Source of the DNA: Coriobacteriia bacterium
GTDB lineage: Bacteria > Actinomycetota > Coriobacteriia > Anaerosomatales > PALSA-660
NCBI GenBank assembly: GCA_025361335.1
Contig: JANYAK010000033.1
Span: 21,246 to 85,245 of the forward strand
DNA: 64,000 nt
Reading direction: 5' to 3'
Part shown: piece after piece, positions 1 through 10,371 of the stretch
How the letters are laid out: each line of letters starts with the position of its first letter
Position numbering within the stretch: position 1 is the first letter of the stretch
Position numbers and translations under genes: made by a program
Notes under the pieces: model-generated
What the model was told of the DNA's origin: nothing
What the model saw: only the letters and a program-made list of their open reading frames with translations
Databases searched by the model: none

Positions 1-487
1 CGCCCTCGGTGAGCAGGGCCTTCTCCTTGTCCAGGAACTCGAGGGTGTTGCGGGCGAACCGGTCGAGCTGCTCGCCCACCCCGGCCTTGGCGTCTTCCAT
101 GGCGTGTTCGACCGACTCGACGGTCAGGCGCGTCCCGGAGGCCACCACCGTCCCGTTCAGGAGCAGGTCCTCCTTGACGAGCTCGACGTTGTGCCCCTCG
201 CGCACGCGATCGAACACCTCGGGACCGACGGCATCGAGCACGACGACCCCGCCACGCGCCAAGATGAGAGGTCCCAAGTTCGGGTAGACCCCGCTGATCG
301 AGCGGGCCGCGTTCACAACGACCTCGACTCCCGTCGCCAGCAGCCCTTCAGCGCTGACGCGGTCGAGGTCCTCGTGGTCGATGATCGCGATATCGGACGG
401 CCCGAGGCGCTTGACCAAGTCCTTCGTACGCCTGTCGAGTCGTGCCGTTCCCTGATAGCGCATGAGATCCTTCCCGGTGACGATCAC
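1..487 (-). CDS. steA: SteA-like protein, N-terminal ~160 codons (3' end lies beyond window start)
   Basis: Not in the ORF track because it runs off the edge. My minus-strand translation from GTG 487 (alternative ATG 463) reads VIVTGKDLMRYQGTARLDRRTKDLVKRLGPSDIAIIDHEDLDRVSAEGLLATGVEVVVNAARSISGVYPNLGPLILARGG.... This matches my recollection of the conserved SteA N-terminus. It lies directly downstream of recN, as in Actinomycetota. Confidence 0.6.
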   Translation of the reverse strand, partial: MIVTGKDLMRYQGTARLDRRTKDLVKRLGPSDIAIIDHEDLDRVSAEGLLATGVEVVVNAARSISGVYPNLGPLILARGGVVVLDAVGPEVFDRVREGHNVELVKEDLLLNGTVVASGTRLTVESVEHAMEDAKAGVGEQLDRFARNTLEFLDKEKALLTEG

Positions 488-523
488 GGGCCGTGAAGGC
501 CGCCGCGACCAGCAGCGAGTGTA

Positions 524-2155
524 TCAGACGGCCGTTGTGGCCACCGAGGCGACCAGCTCGCGAGCGTGCGCCAGACCAGCTTCCGAGTCTGTTCCCGACA
601 GCATCCGCGCGATCTCGGCCACCCTCGAGTCCCCTTCGGCGATCCGCACGCGGGTCACCGCCCGTCCACCCGACTGCTCCTTCTCGACGACGAGATGGGT
701 GTCCGCGAACGCCGCGACCTGGGCGAGGTGGGTCACCACGAGGACCTGGTGACGCTGCGCGAGCGCCGCGAGGCGGCGGCCGACCGCCATCGCGGTGGCG
801 CCGCCGATCCCCGTGTCGACCTCGTCGAACACGAGGACCGGCACCGGATCCGCGGCTCCCAGCACGCACTTGAGCGCGAGCATGACCCGGGAGACCTCGC
901 CTCCCGAGGCGATGCGCGCGAGCGGGCGCGGCGCTTCGCCGGCGTTCGAGCTGAAGAGGAACTCGACGTGCTGCGGCCCGTCCGAGGTCCACTCGCCACG
1001 GGGACGCTCCTGCATCGCCACGTCGAACGCGGCTGACGGCATCGCCAATTCGCGCGCCGCCTCGGCGAGCCCCGCGACGAAGGAGGGTGCGGCCTGCTCG
1101 CGCACGGCGATGAGCGAACGCGCGGCGGCGTCGAGCACCGCGTCGGCATCCGCCACGCGCGCCTCGGCACTCCGCAGCGCGTCCTGGCCGGACTCCAACT
1201 CACGCAACCGCTCCGAAGCGCTCTCGCCGCTCGCGATCACGTCCTCGAGGCGCGGTCCGTACTTGCGCTTCAGGGCCGTCAGGGTAGCGAGTCGAGCCTC
1301 GGCCGCGTCGAGCGCCGCGGGGTCGTAGCACACCCCGTCCGCATACCGGCGCACGTCGGTCGAGATGTCGTCGAGCATCGACGACGCCTCTCCCACCCTC
1401 GCGGCGAGCGCGTCGAACACGGGATCCAGACCGCCGACGGCATGCATGGCCGCGCCGGCCGCCGCGGCGGAATCGGAGGCCCGACCGTCGTCGCGCAGGA
1501 GGCGGAGCGCCGCCGCGGCGGCGGCGGCGAGACGCTCGCCGTGCCGAAGGACAGGCAGCCGCATCTCGATCGCGACGTCCTCTCCTTCCAGCGGTGCGGC
1601 GGAGTCGATCTCGGACACCTGAAACGACAGATCGCCGATCTGCCGCTCGCGGTCCCGCATGTCGCGAAGAAGATCGTCTCTGGCCATGGAAGCGGTCCGA
1701 TGTGCGGCCCATGCGGAGCGGTATGCCTCGACCGCCGCGCGGGCGGCTTCACCGGCGAAGCGATCGAGGTAGGTCGAGTGCGTGCCGGGCGCCAGGATCG
1801 CCTGATGATCGTGCTGGCCATGCAAGTCGACCACCGGGCCGAACGCCTCGGCGAGCCCGGCCACCGTCGACATCTCGCCGTCCAGGTAGCATCGGCTCCG
1901 CCCTTCAGCGGACAGCCGGCGTCGACCGGTCCTCTCCCTGCCTTCCACGATGAAGCGGCCCTCCACGACAGCTTCGGATGCGCCACCGCGCACGAGGGAC
2001 GCGTCGGCGCGCTCGCCGAGGAGCAGCTTCAGCGCGCCGACGAGTACCGTCTTGCCGGCGCCCGTCTCGCCCGAGAGCACCGTCAGCCCCGGCCCGAGCT
2101 CGAGCCACACGTCGTCGATGAGCGCGAGGTCGGTGACGTGGAGCTCCTCGAGCAC
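524..2155 (-). CDS. recN: DNA repair protein RecN
   Basis: 543-aa ORF. N-terminal Walker A 'LSGETGAGKT'. Long Ala/Arg-rich coiled-coil middle. C-terminal 'ASGGEVSRVMLALK' signature and 'VLVFDEVDTGIGG' Walker B. Confidence 0.93.
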   Translation of the reverse strand: MLEELHVTDLALIDDVWLELGPGLTVLSGETGAGKTVLVGALKLLLGERADASLVRGGASEAVVEGRFIVEGRERTGRRRLSAEGRSRCYLDGEMSTVAGLAEAFGPVVDLHGQHDHQAILAPGTHSTYLDRFAGEAARAAVEAYRSAWAAHRTASMARDDLLRDMRDRERQIGDLSFQVSEIDSAAPLEGEDVAIEMRLPVLRHGERLAAAAAAALRLLRDDGRASDSAAAAGAAMHAVGGLDPVFDALAARVGEASSMLDDISTDVRRYADGVCYDPAALDAAEARLATLTALKRKYGPRLEDVIASGESASERLRELESGQDALRSAEARVADADAVLDAAARSLIAVREQAAPSFVAGLAEAARELAMPSAAFDVAMQERPRGEWTSDGPQHVEFLFSSNAGEAPRPLARIASGGEVSRVMLALKCVLGAADPVPVLVFDEVDTGIGGATAMAVGRRLAALAQRHQVLVVTHLAQVAAFADTHLVVEKEQSGGRAVTRVRIAEGDSRVAEIARMLSGTDSEAGLAHARELVASVATTAV

Positions 2156-2159
2156 GTGG

Positions 2160-3008
2160 CTACCTCCTAAGGAACGTGTCGGCCAACGCCGCGTAGAACC
2201 CGCGGCCGTCGAGACGCACCAGCGTCACCGGATTCCGGCCGGACCGCACCTCGACATGATCGAGCGCGCTACGGCATGGGACGGCGTCTCCGTCGACCAC
2301 CACGCACGCCTCGGATCGCGCCTCGTCCGGCACGCGCAGCGTGACCACCGATCCCGGCCCCACGACGACCGGTCGAACGGCCACGGTGTGCGGGCTCACC
2401 GCCACCAGGAGCATCCCCGAGGCGTCGGGTGCGATCACCGGCCCGCCAGCGGACAGCGCGTACGCCGTCGACCCCGTGGCGGTCGCCACGATCATCCCGT
2501 CGCAGACGACGCGCTGGAACTCCTCACCGTCGACGCTGACCGCGACGTCGACGGCACGGCCACCCGGGCCCCGGCCCACGAACACTTCGTTCAGCGCGAG
2601 ATGGGTCCCCGCATCGCGACCGCCGGCCGCGACCCGCACGTCCAGCGTGGCGCGCCTGTCGAGGCGCCCTTGCCCGGCGAGCGCCTCTTCGACCGCTCGG
2701 GGCAGATCCCTCTCGTCCGCTCCCGAAAGGAACCCCAGTCTCCCTAGGTTGACGCCCAGCACCGGCACGTCGGCGCCGTCGAGGATATGCGCGGCTTTGA
2801 GGATGGTGCCGTCTCCACCGAGCGCCACGACGAGGTCGACATCCCCGATCGAGCCCGCGGGCGCGGAACGGGCATCGAGCCCGCTCGCCAAGGCGTCGGC
2901 CTCGACGAGGACCGGATCATGCCCCGCTTCGACGAGCCACGCCGACAGGGAGCGCGCCGCCTCGACGGCACGCCCTTTGTCAGCGTTCGGTACCAGCAGG
3001 ACCCGCAT
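2160..3008 (-). CDS. nadK: NAD kinase
   Basis: 282 aa. Motifs 'VVALGGDGTILKAA' and 'TATGSTAYALSAGGPV'. Conserved position between tlyA and recN. Confidence 0.9.
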   Translation of the reverse strand: MRVLLVPNADKGRAVEAARSLSAWLVEAGHDPVLVEADALASGLDARSAPAGSIGDVDLVVALGGDGTILKAAHILDGADVPVLGVNLGRLGFLSGADERDLPRAVEEALAGQGRLDRRATLDVRVAAGGRDAGTHLALNEVFVGRGPGGRAVDVAVSVDGEEFQRVVCDGMIVATATGSTAYALSAGGPVIAPDASGMLLVAVSPHTVAVRPVVVGPGSVVTLRVPDEARSEACVVVDGDAVPCRSALDHVEVRSGRNPVTLVRLDGRGFYAALADTFLRR

Positions 3009-3013
3009 GTCGT

Positions 3014-3811
<798 letters not shown>

Positions 3812-5842
3812 GGCGGTCGCCCTCTCCCGATCGCAGGCCGTCGAGGCGACCGATGACGGCGTCCCGAACCGCGTGGGGGGTGAGGCCGACATCGGAGAGG
3901 AGCCTCGACATGGCTCCGTGGGTGACGAAGCAGTCGGGAATGCCGAGATGCATGACGGGCACGGCCATCGACATGTCGGACAGCGCTTCCAGCACTGCCG
4001 CCCCCACACCGCCGAGGTTGCTGTTCTCCTCGATGGTCACGACGAGGGAGTGCTTCTGCGCGGCCCAGGCGACGGTCTCGAAATCGAGCGGCTTGATCCA
4101 GCGGAGGTTCACCACCGAGGCAGAGACGCCCGCCTCCATGAGGAGGTTGACGGCACCCTCGGCGACCCCGACCATACGCCCGACCGCGAGAAGCGCGACA
4201 TCGGTGCCCGTCTTGCGCACCTGGGCGCGCCCGGCCTCGAGAGTGGACGGCTTCTTCGGCAGCGCCACACCCATCGCGCCGCCTCTGGGGTAGCGGATGG
4301 CGAACGGCCCACCCGACGTGAGCCCTGTGTGGAGCATGTCCACCAGTTCGGCCTCGTCCGCGGGCGCACACAGCGTGAGGTTGGGGATGGTGCGCAGATA
4401 CGTCAGGTCGAAGACACCATGGTGCGTGGGTCCGTCCTCACCGACGAGGCCGGCCCTGTCCAGGCAGAAGACGACCGGGAGATCCTGCAGGCAGACGTCC
4501 ATGATGACCTGGTCGTAGGCACGCTGGAGGAACGTGGAGTAGATGGCGACCACGGGCAGGAGGCCGCCGAGTGCGAGGCCGGACGCCAGACCGACCGCGT
4601 GCTGCTCGGCGATGCCGACATCGTAGAACCGATCCGGATAGGCGCGCGCGAATCCGGCAAGGCCGGTGCCGGACGGCATCGCGGCCGTGATCGCCACGAT
4701 GCGCTCGTCGTGCGCGGCCTCCTCCACGAGCGCGGCGCCGAACACCTCGGTGTATGAGGGCACGTTGCTGCCGCTGCCGTTGACCTTGCCGGTCGAGACC
4801 TCGAACGGAGAGACGCCATGGAACACGTCGGGGTTGGCCTCCGCGGGCTCGTACCCCGAGCCCTTGCGGGTCACCACGTGGATGATGACTGGGCCCTCGT
4901 GCTCCGAGGCCCATTCCACCGCGTCCTGGACCTTTTGGACGTCGTGGCCGTTGATGGGCCCGACGTAGGTCCAACCCAGCTCCTCGAAGAGCATGCCGGG
5001 CACGAGCAGCTGCTTGAAGGACTCCTTCGCGGCCTCGCCGGCGGCCACCATGGCCGCGCCCACGCCGGGGATGCGCGAAAGCCTCGACTCGACCTCGTCG
5101 CGGAGCCTCGTGTAGCGCGGATCGAGGCGGACGCGAGCCAGGTAGCCGGCCAGCGCCCCGACGTTCTGCGAGATGGACATCTCGTTGTCGTTGAGCACGA
5201 CGACCAGCCGGGTGCCGAGGTGCCCCGCGTGGTTCAGCGCCTCGAACGCCATGCCGCCGGTCATCGAGCCGTCGCCGATGACGGCGACGACGCGTTCATC
5301 GGTGCCCCGCGCGTCGCGGGCCAGCGCGAACCCCAACGCCACCGAGATGGAATTCGACGCATGGCCCGTGTCGAACGCGTCGTACGGCGATTCGCTGCGC
5401 TTCGGGAATCCGCAGACGCCTCCGTATTGGCGCAGCGTGCCGAACTTGCCCTGGCGGCCGGTCAGCAGTTTGTACACATAGGCCTGATGCCCGACGTCCC
5501 AGATCACGCGATCCCTGGGCGTGTCGAGCGCCCGGAGCAGGCCGAGAGTGAGCTCCACGACGCCCAGGTTCGGCGCGAGGTGCCCGCCGGTGACGGCGAC
5601 CGTCTCGACCAACCGCTTCCGCAGTTCGGCGGCGAGAGCCTCGAGCTGCCCGCCGTCCATCGACTTCAGGACGTCGGGGGACGTTATGGTGTCCAAGATC
5701 GTGCCGGTGCCCAACGCGCGTCCCTTCCCTGCTCGATCCTAAGCGACGGGAACTCCGCCCGGTCGATCAAGCATAGTCCCGGCTCGGGCGAGCCTCAAAC
5801 GCATCCGCGGAGTCGTCATCCGTCCGTTGACGAGCCGGGGAT

Positions 5843-6169
5843 TCACGCCCGTTCGTCGTCGGCGACCGTCTCCGCGTCCGCGGCTTCGCCGTCTCTGCCT
5901 TCGGAGGAGGTATCCCCAGTGGCGGCGTCGGGAGCGACGGCGGCCTCCGGGCCCGCCCCCGAGCCCCCATCGGCAGGCTCCGGCTCACCGGGCTCCAGGG
6001 AGCGCCACGACGTCTGGTCGATGAGCTCGTTGCTCAGGTTCGCGAGGCGCACGCCCTCTTCGAGAAGCTCAAGGCTCTGTTCGAGCGAGGTGTCCTTGCG
6101 TTTGACCTGCACGAGGATCTCCTCGAGCCTGATCCTCGTCTGCTCGAACGTGTAGCTCTCGTCACTCAT
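5843..6169 (-). CDS. xseB: Exodeoxyribonuclease VII small subunit with extended acidic C-terminal tail
   Basis: Track ORF is 5843..6202. ATG at 6169 (M12) gives MSDESYTFEQTRIRLEEILVQVKRKDTSLEQSLELLEEGVRLANLSNELIDQ, an XseB helical hairpin. About 50 aa of Gly/Pro/Asp/Glu-rich tail follow. The start overlaps the nusB stop. Confidence 0.75.
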   Translation of the reverse strand: MSDESYTFEQTRIRLEEILVQVKRKDTSLEQSLELLEEGVRLANLSNELIDQTSWRSLEPGEPEPADGGSGAGPEAAVAPDAATGDTSSEGRDGEAADAETVADDERA

Positions 6170-6596
6170 CGGCCGTGTCCTCCGCAAGCCCTCCGCCGGC
6201 ATAGATCTCGGACAGGCGCCCGAGGATCCCGTTCACGAACTTCGACGAGTCCTCCCCGCCGTAGACCTTCGCCATCTCGACGGCCTCGTTGATCGAGACC
6301 GAGTCCGGCACGTCCTCCAAGTAGAGCAGCTCGAACACCGCCAAGCGCAGGATGTTTCGATCGACCAGCGGCATACGGGCAAGGGTCCAGTTCTGGGAGA
6401 TGTCCTCGATGACCGCATCTATCCTCGACTGGTGCGCCTCCACTCCGAGCAGGACTTCCCTGCAGAACTCGGAAGGATCCCCGTCGTCGGACGAATACGA
6501 GCCGTCGGCGAGGATGCGCGACAGCGACTCCTCAGTGATCTCGCGCTGATAGAGGATGTGAAGCGCCTGGTGGCGGGCTTTCCTGCGTTCGAGCAT
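6162..6596 (-). CDS. nusB: Transcription antitermination factor NusB
   Basis: 144 aa. Motifs 'RHQALHILYQ', 'VDRNILRLAVFELLY' and 'VSINEAVEMAKVYGGEDSSKFVNGILG'. Confidence 0.92.
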   Translation of the reverse strand: MLERRKARHQALHILYQREITEESLSRILADGSYSSDDGDPSEFCREVLLGVEAHQSRIDAVIEDISQNWTLARMPLVDRNILRLAVFELLYLEDVPDSVSINEAVEMAKVYGGEDSSKFVNGILGRLSEIYAGGGLAEDTADE

Positions 6597-6636
6597 ACGG
6601 GTCTGTCGTCGCCTCCATCAGCGGCTGGAACGGTCT

Positions 6637-7011
6637 CTACCCGGGGAAGGCCACGCCGTCCACGTACACGTCGATGGCCGACACGCCTCGGCCCGTTTGT
6701 GACAGCAGGGCGTCGGCGACGGATCGCTGGACCTCGGCGGCCACGCCACGTAGCGGACGGCCGTACTCGACGGCGAGATGCACGGTCACGGCGAAGGCGT
6801 CTCCCTCGCCGGGCGCCACCTCCACGGGCTTCGCGCGCCCGGCTTTGTGCATGAGGCCAGCGAGCCCGGTCGACTCGACGCAGGCGACGCCTTCGACATC
6901 CTGGGCCGCGAGCATGACGATCGTCTCGAGGACCCCGGGGGCCACGTCGAGCCCCTCAAGCCGCAGCTCGGATGGTGCCGCGTCATCGCGCGTCTTGGCG
7001 TGGCCTGCCAT
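6637..7011 (-). CDS. Asp23/Gls24-family envelope stress protein
   Basis: 124 aa. Pattern 'VAPGVLETIVMLAAQDVEGV...AVTVHLAVEYGRPLRGVAAEVQRSVADAL...IDVYVDGV' is typical of Asp23. It occupies the same position as yqhY next to accC/nusB in Bacillus-type gene order. Confidence 0.8.
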   Translation of the reverse strand: MAGHAKTRDDAAPSELRLEGLDVAPGVLETIVMLAAQDVEGVACVESTGLAGLMHKAGRAKPVEVAPGEGDAFAVTVHLAVEYGRPLRGVAAEVQRSVADALLSQTGRGVSAIDVYVDGVAFPG

Positions 7012-7028
7012 GTCCGAACCTCCCGGTT

Positions 7029-8387
7029 CTAACGTCCGCTCAGCATGTGCTTCTCGACGAAGTCAGTATAGACCTCGCCACGCTGGAAATACTCGTTCTC
7101 GACGACCGCCTGGTGGAACGGGATCGTGGTCGGGATCCCCACCACGATGAACTCGTCCAAGGCCCGTCGCGCGCGATGCACCGCCTCGTCGCGTGTCTCG
7201 CCCCACACGATCAGCTTCGCCAGCAGCGAGTCGTAGTAGGGCGGCACATGGTAGCCGGAGTACACATGGCTGTCCACGCGCACGCCCAAGCCGCCCGGGG
7301 CGTGGTACACCTCGATCCGACCGGGATGCGGGCGGAACGAGTCGGCCGGGTCCTCGGCGTTGATCCGGAACTCGATCGCGTGACCGCGAAGCGTCACGTC
7401 CTCCTGCCGCGTGTGGCGCATGGGAAGCCCCGCCGCGATGCGGATCTGTTCCTTGATGATGTCGACGCCGGTGACGGCCTCCGTCACCGGGTGCTCGACC
7501 TGCACCCGGGTGTTCATCTCCATGAAGAAGAACGATCCGTCCTCGGTGAGCAAGAACTCGACCGTCCCCGCGTTCACGTAGTCGACCGCGCGCACCGCAC
7601 GAAGTGCCGCCTCACCCATCGCCGCCCGGAGCTCGGGCGTGAGCGCCGGAGACGGCGACTCTTCGACGAGCTTCTGGTGGCGCCGCTGCATGGAGCAATC
7701 GCGCTCGAACAGGTGAACGGCGTTGCCGTGCGAGTCCGCCAGCACCTGGAACTCCACGTGCCGGGGGCGTGAGAGGTACCGCTCGATGTACACGGTGTCG
7801 TCGCCGAACGCGACGGCCGCCTCGGCGCGGGCCTGGTGGAGGTTGGTGACCAGCTCCTCGGGGGTCGTGGCCACGCGCATGCCGCGTCCACCCCCGCCCG
7901 CGGAGGCCTTGATCAGGACGGGGTATCCGGCTTCTCCCGCGAAGTCCAGCGCCTCACGCTCCGACGTGACCGGCCCGTCCGAACCGGGAACGCATGGGAC
8001 GCCGGCCGCCAGCATCGTGGTCTTGGCCGACGCCTTGTCCCCCATCCGCGAGATGGCGTCGGGGGACGGGCCGATGAACGTGAGCCCCGAGTCGGAGCAG
8101 GCGCGGGCGAAGCCGGCGTTCTCGGCCAGGAAGCCGTAGCCGGGATGCACCGCGCTCGCCCCTGTGATCAGGGCGGCCGAGATGATGGCGGTGACGTTCA
8201 GGTAGCTCATGGCGGACTGGGCCGGTCCGACGCAGATGGCCTCGTCCGCCATGCGAGCATGCAGGCAGTCCTTGTCGGCCTCCGAATAGACGGCGACGGT
8301 CCCGATGCCCATCTCGCGGCACGCGCGGATGACGCGGAGCGCGACCTCTCCCCGGTTCGCGATGAGGACCTTCCCGAATTCGTGCAT
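7029..8387 (-). CDS. accC: Biotin carboxylase (AccC/PycA type)
   Basis: 452 aa. Motifs 'KVLIANRGEVALRVIRAC', ATP-grasp 'ASAGGGGRGMRV', 'EMNTRVQVEHPVTE' and 'LAKLIVWG'. Confidence 0.93.
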   Translation of the reverse strand: MHEFGKVLIANRGEVALRVIRACREMGIGTVAVYSEADKDCLHARMADEAICVGPAQSAMSYLNVTAIISAALITGASAVHPGYGFLAENAGFARACSDSGLTFIGPSPDAISRMGDKASAKTTMLAAGVPCVPGSDGPVTSEREALDFAGEAGYPVLIKASAGGGGRGMRVATTPEELVTNLHQARAEAAVAFGDDTVYIERYLSRPRHVEFQVLADSHGNAVHLFERDCSMQRRHQKLVEESPSPALTPELRAAMGEAALRAVRAVDYVNAGTVEFLLTEDGSFFFMEMNTRVQVEHPVTEAVTGVDIIKEQIRIAAGLPMRHTRQEDVTLRGHAIEFRINAEDPADSFRPHPGRIEVYHAPGGLGVRVDSHVYSGYHVPPYYDSLLAKLIVWGETRDEAVHRARRALDEFIVVGIPTTIPFHQAVVENEYFQRGEVYTDFVEKHMLSGR

Positions 8388-8408
8388 GTCAGCGGCCCGC
8401 CGGCGCGA

Positions 8409-10247
8409 TCAGGACAGGGACTCGTAGTAGAACAGGACCGTGCCGTACTCGACGGGTGAACCGTCGGCGATGGGAGCCTCCCGCAGGACGCCCCGCTCGG
8501 GAGCGTCGATCTCGTTCATGAGCTTCATCGCCTCGAGGACACATAGCGTGTCGCCCTCGTCGAACGCGTCACCCACCTTGACGAACGGGTCGGCCCCGGG
8601 TGACGGCGCGTGATAGAACGTCCCCACCATCTGGGAGCGGACCTCCAGCCAGGCGGCGGGGCGTCCGTCCGAGGCCGCGGTCGCGGCCGGCTCCACCGCG
8701 GGGACCACGCCGATCGCCGCTTGAGCGACCGAGAAGCCGCCCTTACGCACGGACACTGTCGCTCCGTTCTCCTCGATCACGATCTCGGAGATGTCGGACG
8801 CCTCCACGATCTTGATCAGTTCGCGGATCTGGTTGATATCCACGGACTCTTCCTCTCTGACGGTGTCGAGCTCCTCGCTCATCATGAAGACGGCCTTCTC
8901 GGCGCCCTCCTTGTGGGCGGTGAGGTATTGGCGCGCTTCGACAGGGAACAGGGCGTACATGAGGACGTCTTCCTCGGTCTTGGCAAGGTCGCCGGCCTGA
9001 GCTGCGACCTCGTCGAACGTGGTCGTGACGAGCGATCCCGGCCTCACGTCGCAGGACAGCGGCGACTCTGAGCCGAGCACCTTCTCGACGATCGCGGGAT
9101 CCATGGGGCCAGGCGCGCGGCCGTAAAGTCCCCGCACGTAGTCCTTCATCTCGCGCGGGATGACGGACCAGCGCTTCCCGGTGAGCACGTTGAGGACCGA
9201 CTGCGTTCCCACGATCTGCGACAGCGGCGTGACCAGCGGCGGATACCCGACCTCGGCGCGCACGCGCGGAACCTCGGCCAGGACGTCCGACAGCCGGTCC
9301 CCGGCCTTCTGCAACTCGAGCTGGCTGATGAAGTTGCTCATCATGCCCCCCGGGACCTGATGGCTGAAGACCTCCATCGACAGCAGGGTCGTAATGCCGC
9401 GCTTGAGCTTCTTCTTCTCCCGCACGGCCTCCCAGTAATGGGCGATCTCGAAGAGCAGGTCGAGGTCGATGCCCGTGTCGTACTGCGACTCCTTGAGGGC
9501 CGCGACGATCATCTCGACGGCCGGCTGGCTGTTGCCGAAGGCGAGCGAGACGACGGCGGTGTCGATGATGTCGGCCCCGGCCTCGACGGCCTTGAGGTAG
9601 TTCATGGGGGCCATGCCGCCGATGTAGTGGCAGTGCACGTGGACCGGAAGACCCACCTCCGCGACGAGGGCCTTGACCATCTTCTCGGTCCGGAACGGCG
9701 TGAGCATGCCCGCCATGTCCTTGATGCAGATGGTGTCGGCGCCCAGGTCCTTGAGCTGCTGGGCGTACTCCACGAAGCTGTCGAGCGTGTGGACGGGGCT
9801 CACCGTGTAGCTGATGGCCCCTTCGAAGTGGCCGCCGCATTCTTTGACGGCGGCCGCGGACACCTCGACGTTGCGGATGTCGTTGAGGGCATCGAACACG
9901 CGGAAGACGTCGATCCCGTTGCGCTTGGAAGCCCGCACGAAGCGCGTGACGATCTCGTCGCTGTAGTGACGGTAGCCGACCAGGTTCTGCCCGCGCAGCA
10001 GCATCTGGAGGGGGGTCTTGGGGCAGTGGCGCTTGATGGTGCGGAGGCGTTCCCAGGGGTTCTCATCCAGGAACCGCAGCGCCGCGTCGAACGTGGCCCC
10101 GCCCCACACCTCGAGGGACCAGTAACCGACGCTGTCCATCTTCTCGAGGATGGGCAGCATGTCGCCGATCTCCATGCGGGTCGCCCACAGGGACTGGTGC
10201 GCGTCGCGCAGGGTCGTGTCGGTTATGTGTACCGGTCGCATCGTCAC
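8409..10247 (-). CDS. pycB: Pyruvate carboxylase subunit B / oxaloacetate decarboxylase alpha-like carboxyltransferase with C-terminal biotinyl domain
   Basis: 612 aa. N-terminal HMGL-like/TIM carboxyltransferase 'ITDTTLRDAHQSLWATRM'. C-terminal lipoyl-like domain with biotinylation motif 'VLEAMKLMNEI'. Lies immediately downstream of the biotin carboxylase gene. Confidence 0.8.
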   Translation of the reverse strand: MTMRPVHITDTTLRDAHQSLWATRMEIGDMLPILEKMDSVGYWSLEVWGGATFDAALRFLDENPWERLRTIKRHCPKTPLQMLLRGQNLVGYRHYSDEIVTRFVRASKRNGIDVFRVFDALNDIRNVEVSAAAVKECGGHFEGAISYTVSPVHTLDSFVEYAQQLKDLGADTICIKDMAGMLTPFRTEKMVKALVAEVGLPVHVHCHYIGGMAPMNYLKAVEAGADIIDTAVVSLAFGNSQPAVEMIVAALKESQYDTGIDLDLLFEIAHYWEAVREKKKLKRGITTLLSMEVFSHQVPGGMMSNFISQLELQKAGDRLSDVLAEVPRVRAEVGYPPLVTPLSQIVGTQSVLNVLTGKRWSVIPREMKDYVRGLYGRAPGPMDPAIVEKVLGSESPLSCDVRPGSLVTTTFDEVAAQAGDLAKTEEDVLMYALFPVEARQYLTAHKEGAEKAVFMMSEELDTVREEESVDINQIRELIKIVEASDISEIVIEENGATVSVRKGGFSVAQAAIGVVPAVEPAATAASDGRPAAWLEVRSQMVGTFYHAPSPGADPFVKVGDAFDEGDTLCVLEAMKLMNEIDAPERGVLREAPIADGSPVEYGTVLFYYESLS

Positions 10248-10309
10248 CCTGACCCGTCGTCTCCGGCCGACCCGCCCATCGTGGGCGACCGGCTGGCGGC
10301 TGAACGAAC

Positions 10310-10315
10310 AGTATA
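10310..10315 (-). promoter_or_regulatory. Candidate -10 element TATACT upstream of pycB
   Basis: Minus strand reads ...caccttcgcTATACTgttcg..., ~60 nt upstream of the pycB start (10247). No convincing -35. Confidence 0.25.
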
Positions 10316-10317
10316 GC

Positions 10318-10345
10318 GAAGGTGACGCGTCGCCGCGCCACCTTC
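10318..10345 (-). terminator. Hairpin ~75 nt downstream of efp (candidate terminator), 12-bp stem with GCGA loop on the minus-strand RNA
   Basis: Minus strand reads GAAGGUGGCGCG-GCGA-CGCGUCACCUUC, with one G.U pair. The same position is an A.C mismatch on the plus strand, which favours minus-strand function. Confidence 0.4.
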
Positions 10346-10371
10346 GACACTCATCCCGCGCCGGGCGCCGG

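Noticed and set aside
348-992. 214-aa minus-strand ORF overlapping the recN 3' end and the steA start.
   Set aside because: It is extremely Arg/Gly/Pro-rich and out of frame with two well-supported genes, so I treat it as spurious.
3812-4009. N-terminal extensions in the ORF track for tlyA. The same applies to pepP, aroQ, pilN, pilA, the DUF4388 protein, the Roadblock protein, pilB2, HAD, the helical-repeat protein, the AI-2E permease, DUF948, the lipoprotein, rel, tgt and the anti-sigma.
   Set aside because: The extensions overlap the upstream gene and are compositionally aberrant. Internal ATG/GTG starts coincide with SD-like sequences, ATGA/GTGA stop-start overlaps or canonical family N-termini. 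Coordinates were derived by counting residues, so an error of one codon is possible.
5715-5842. Possible remnant of ispA or xseA between xseB and dxs.
   Set aside because: The gap is only 128 nt. No reading frame or recognisable motif is present. A small imperfect hairpin (ggctcg/cgagcc) is too weak to call.
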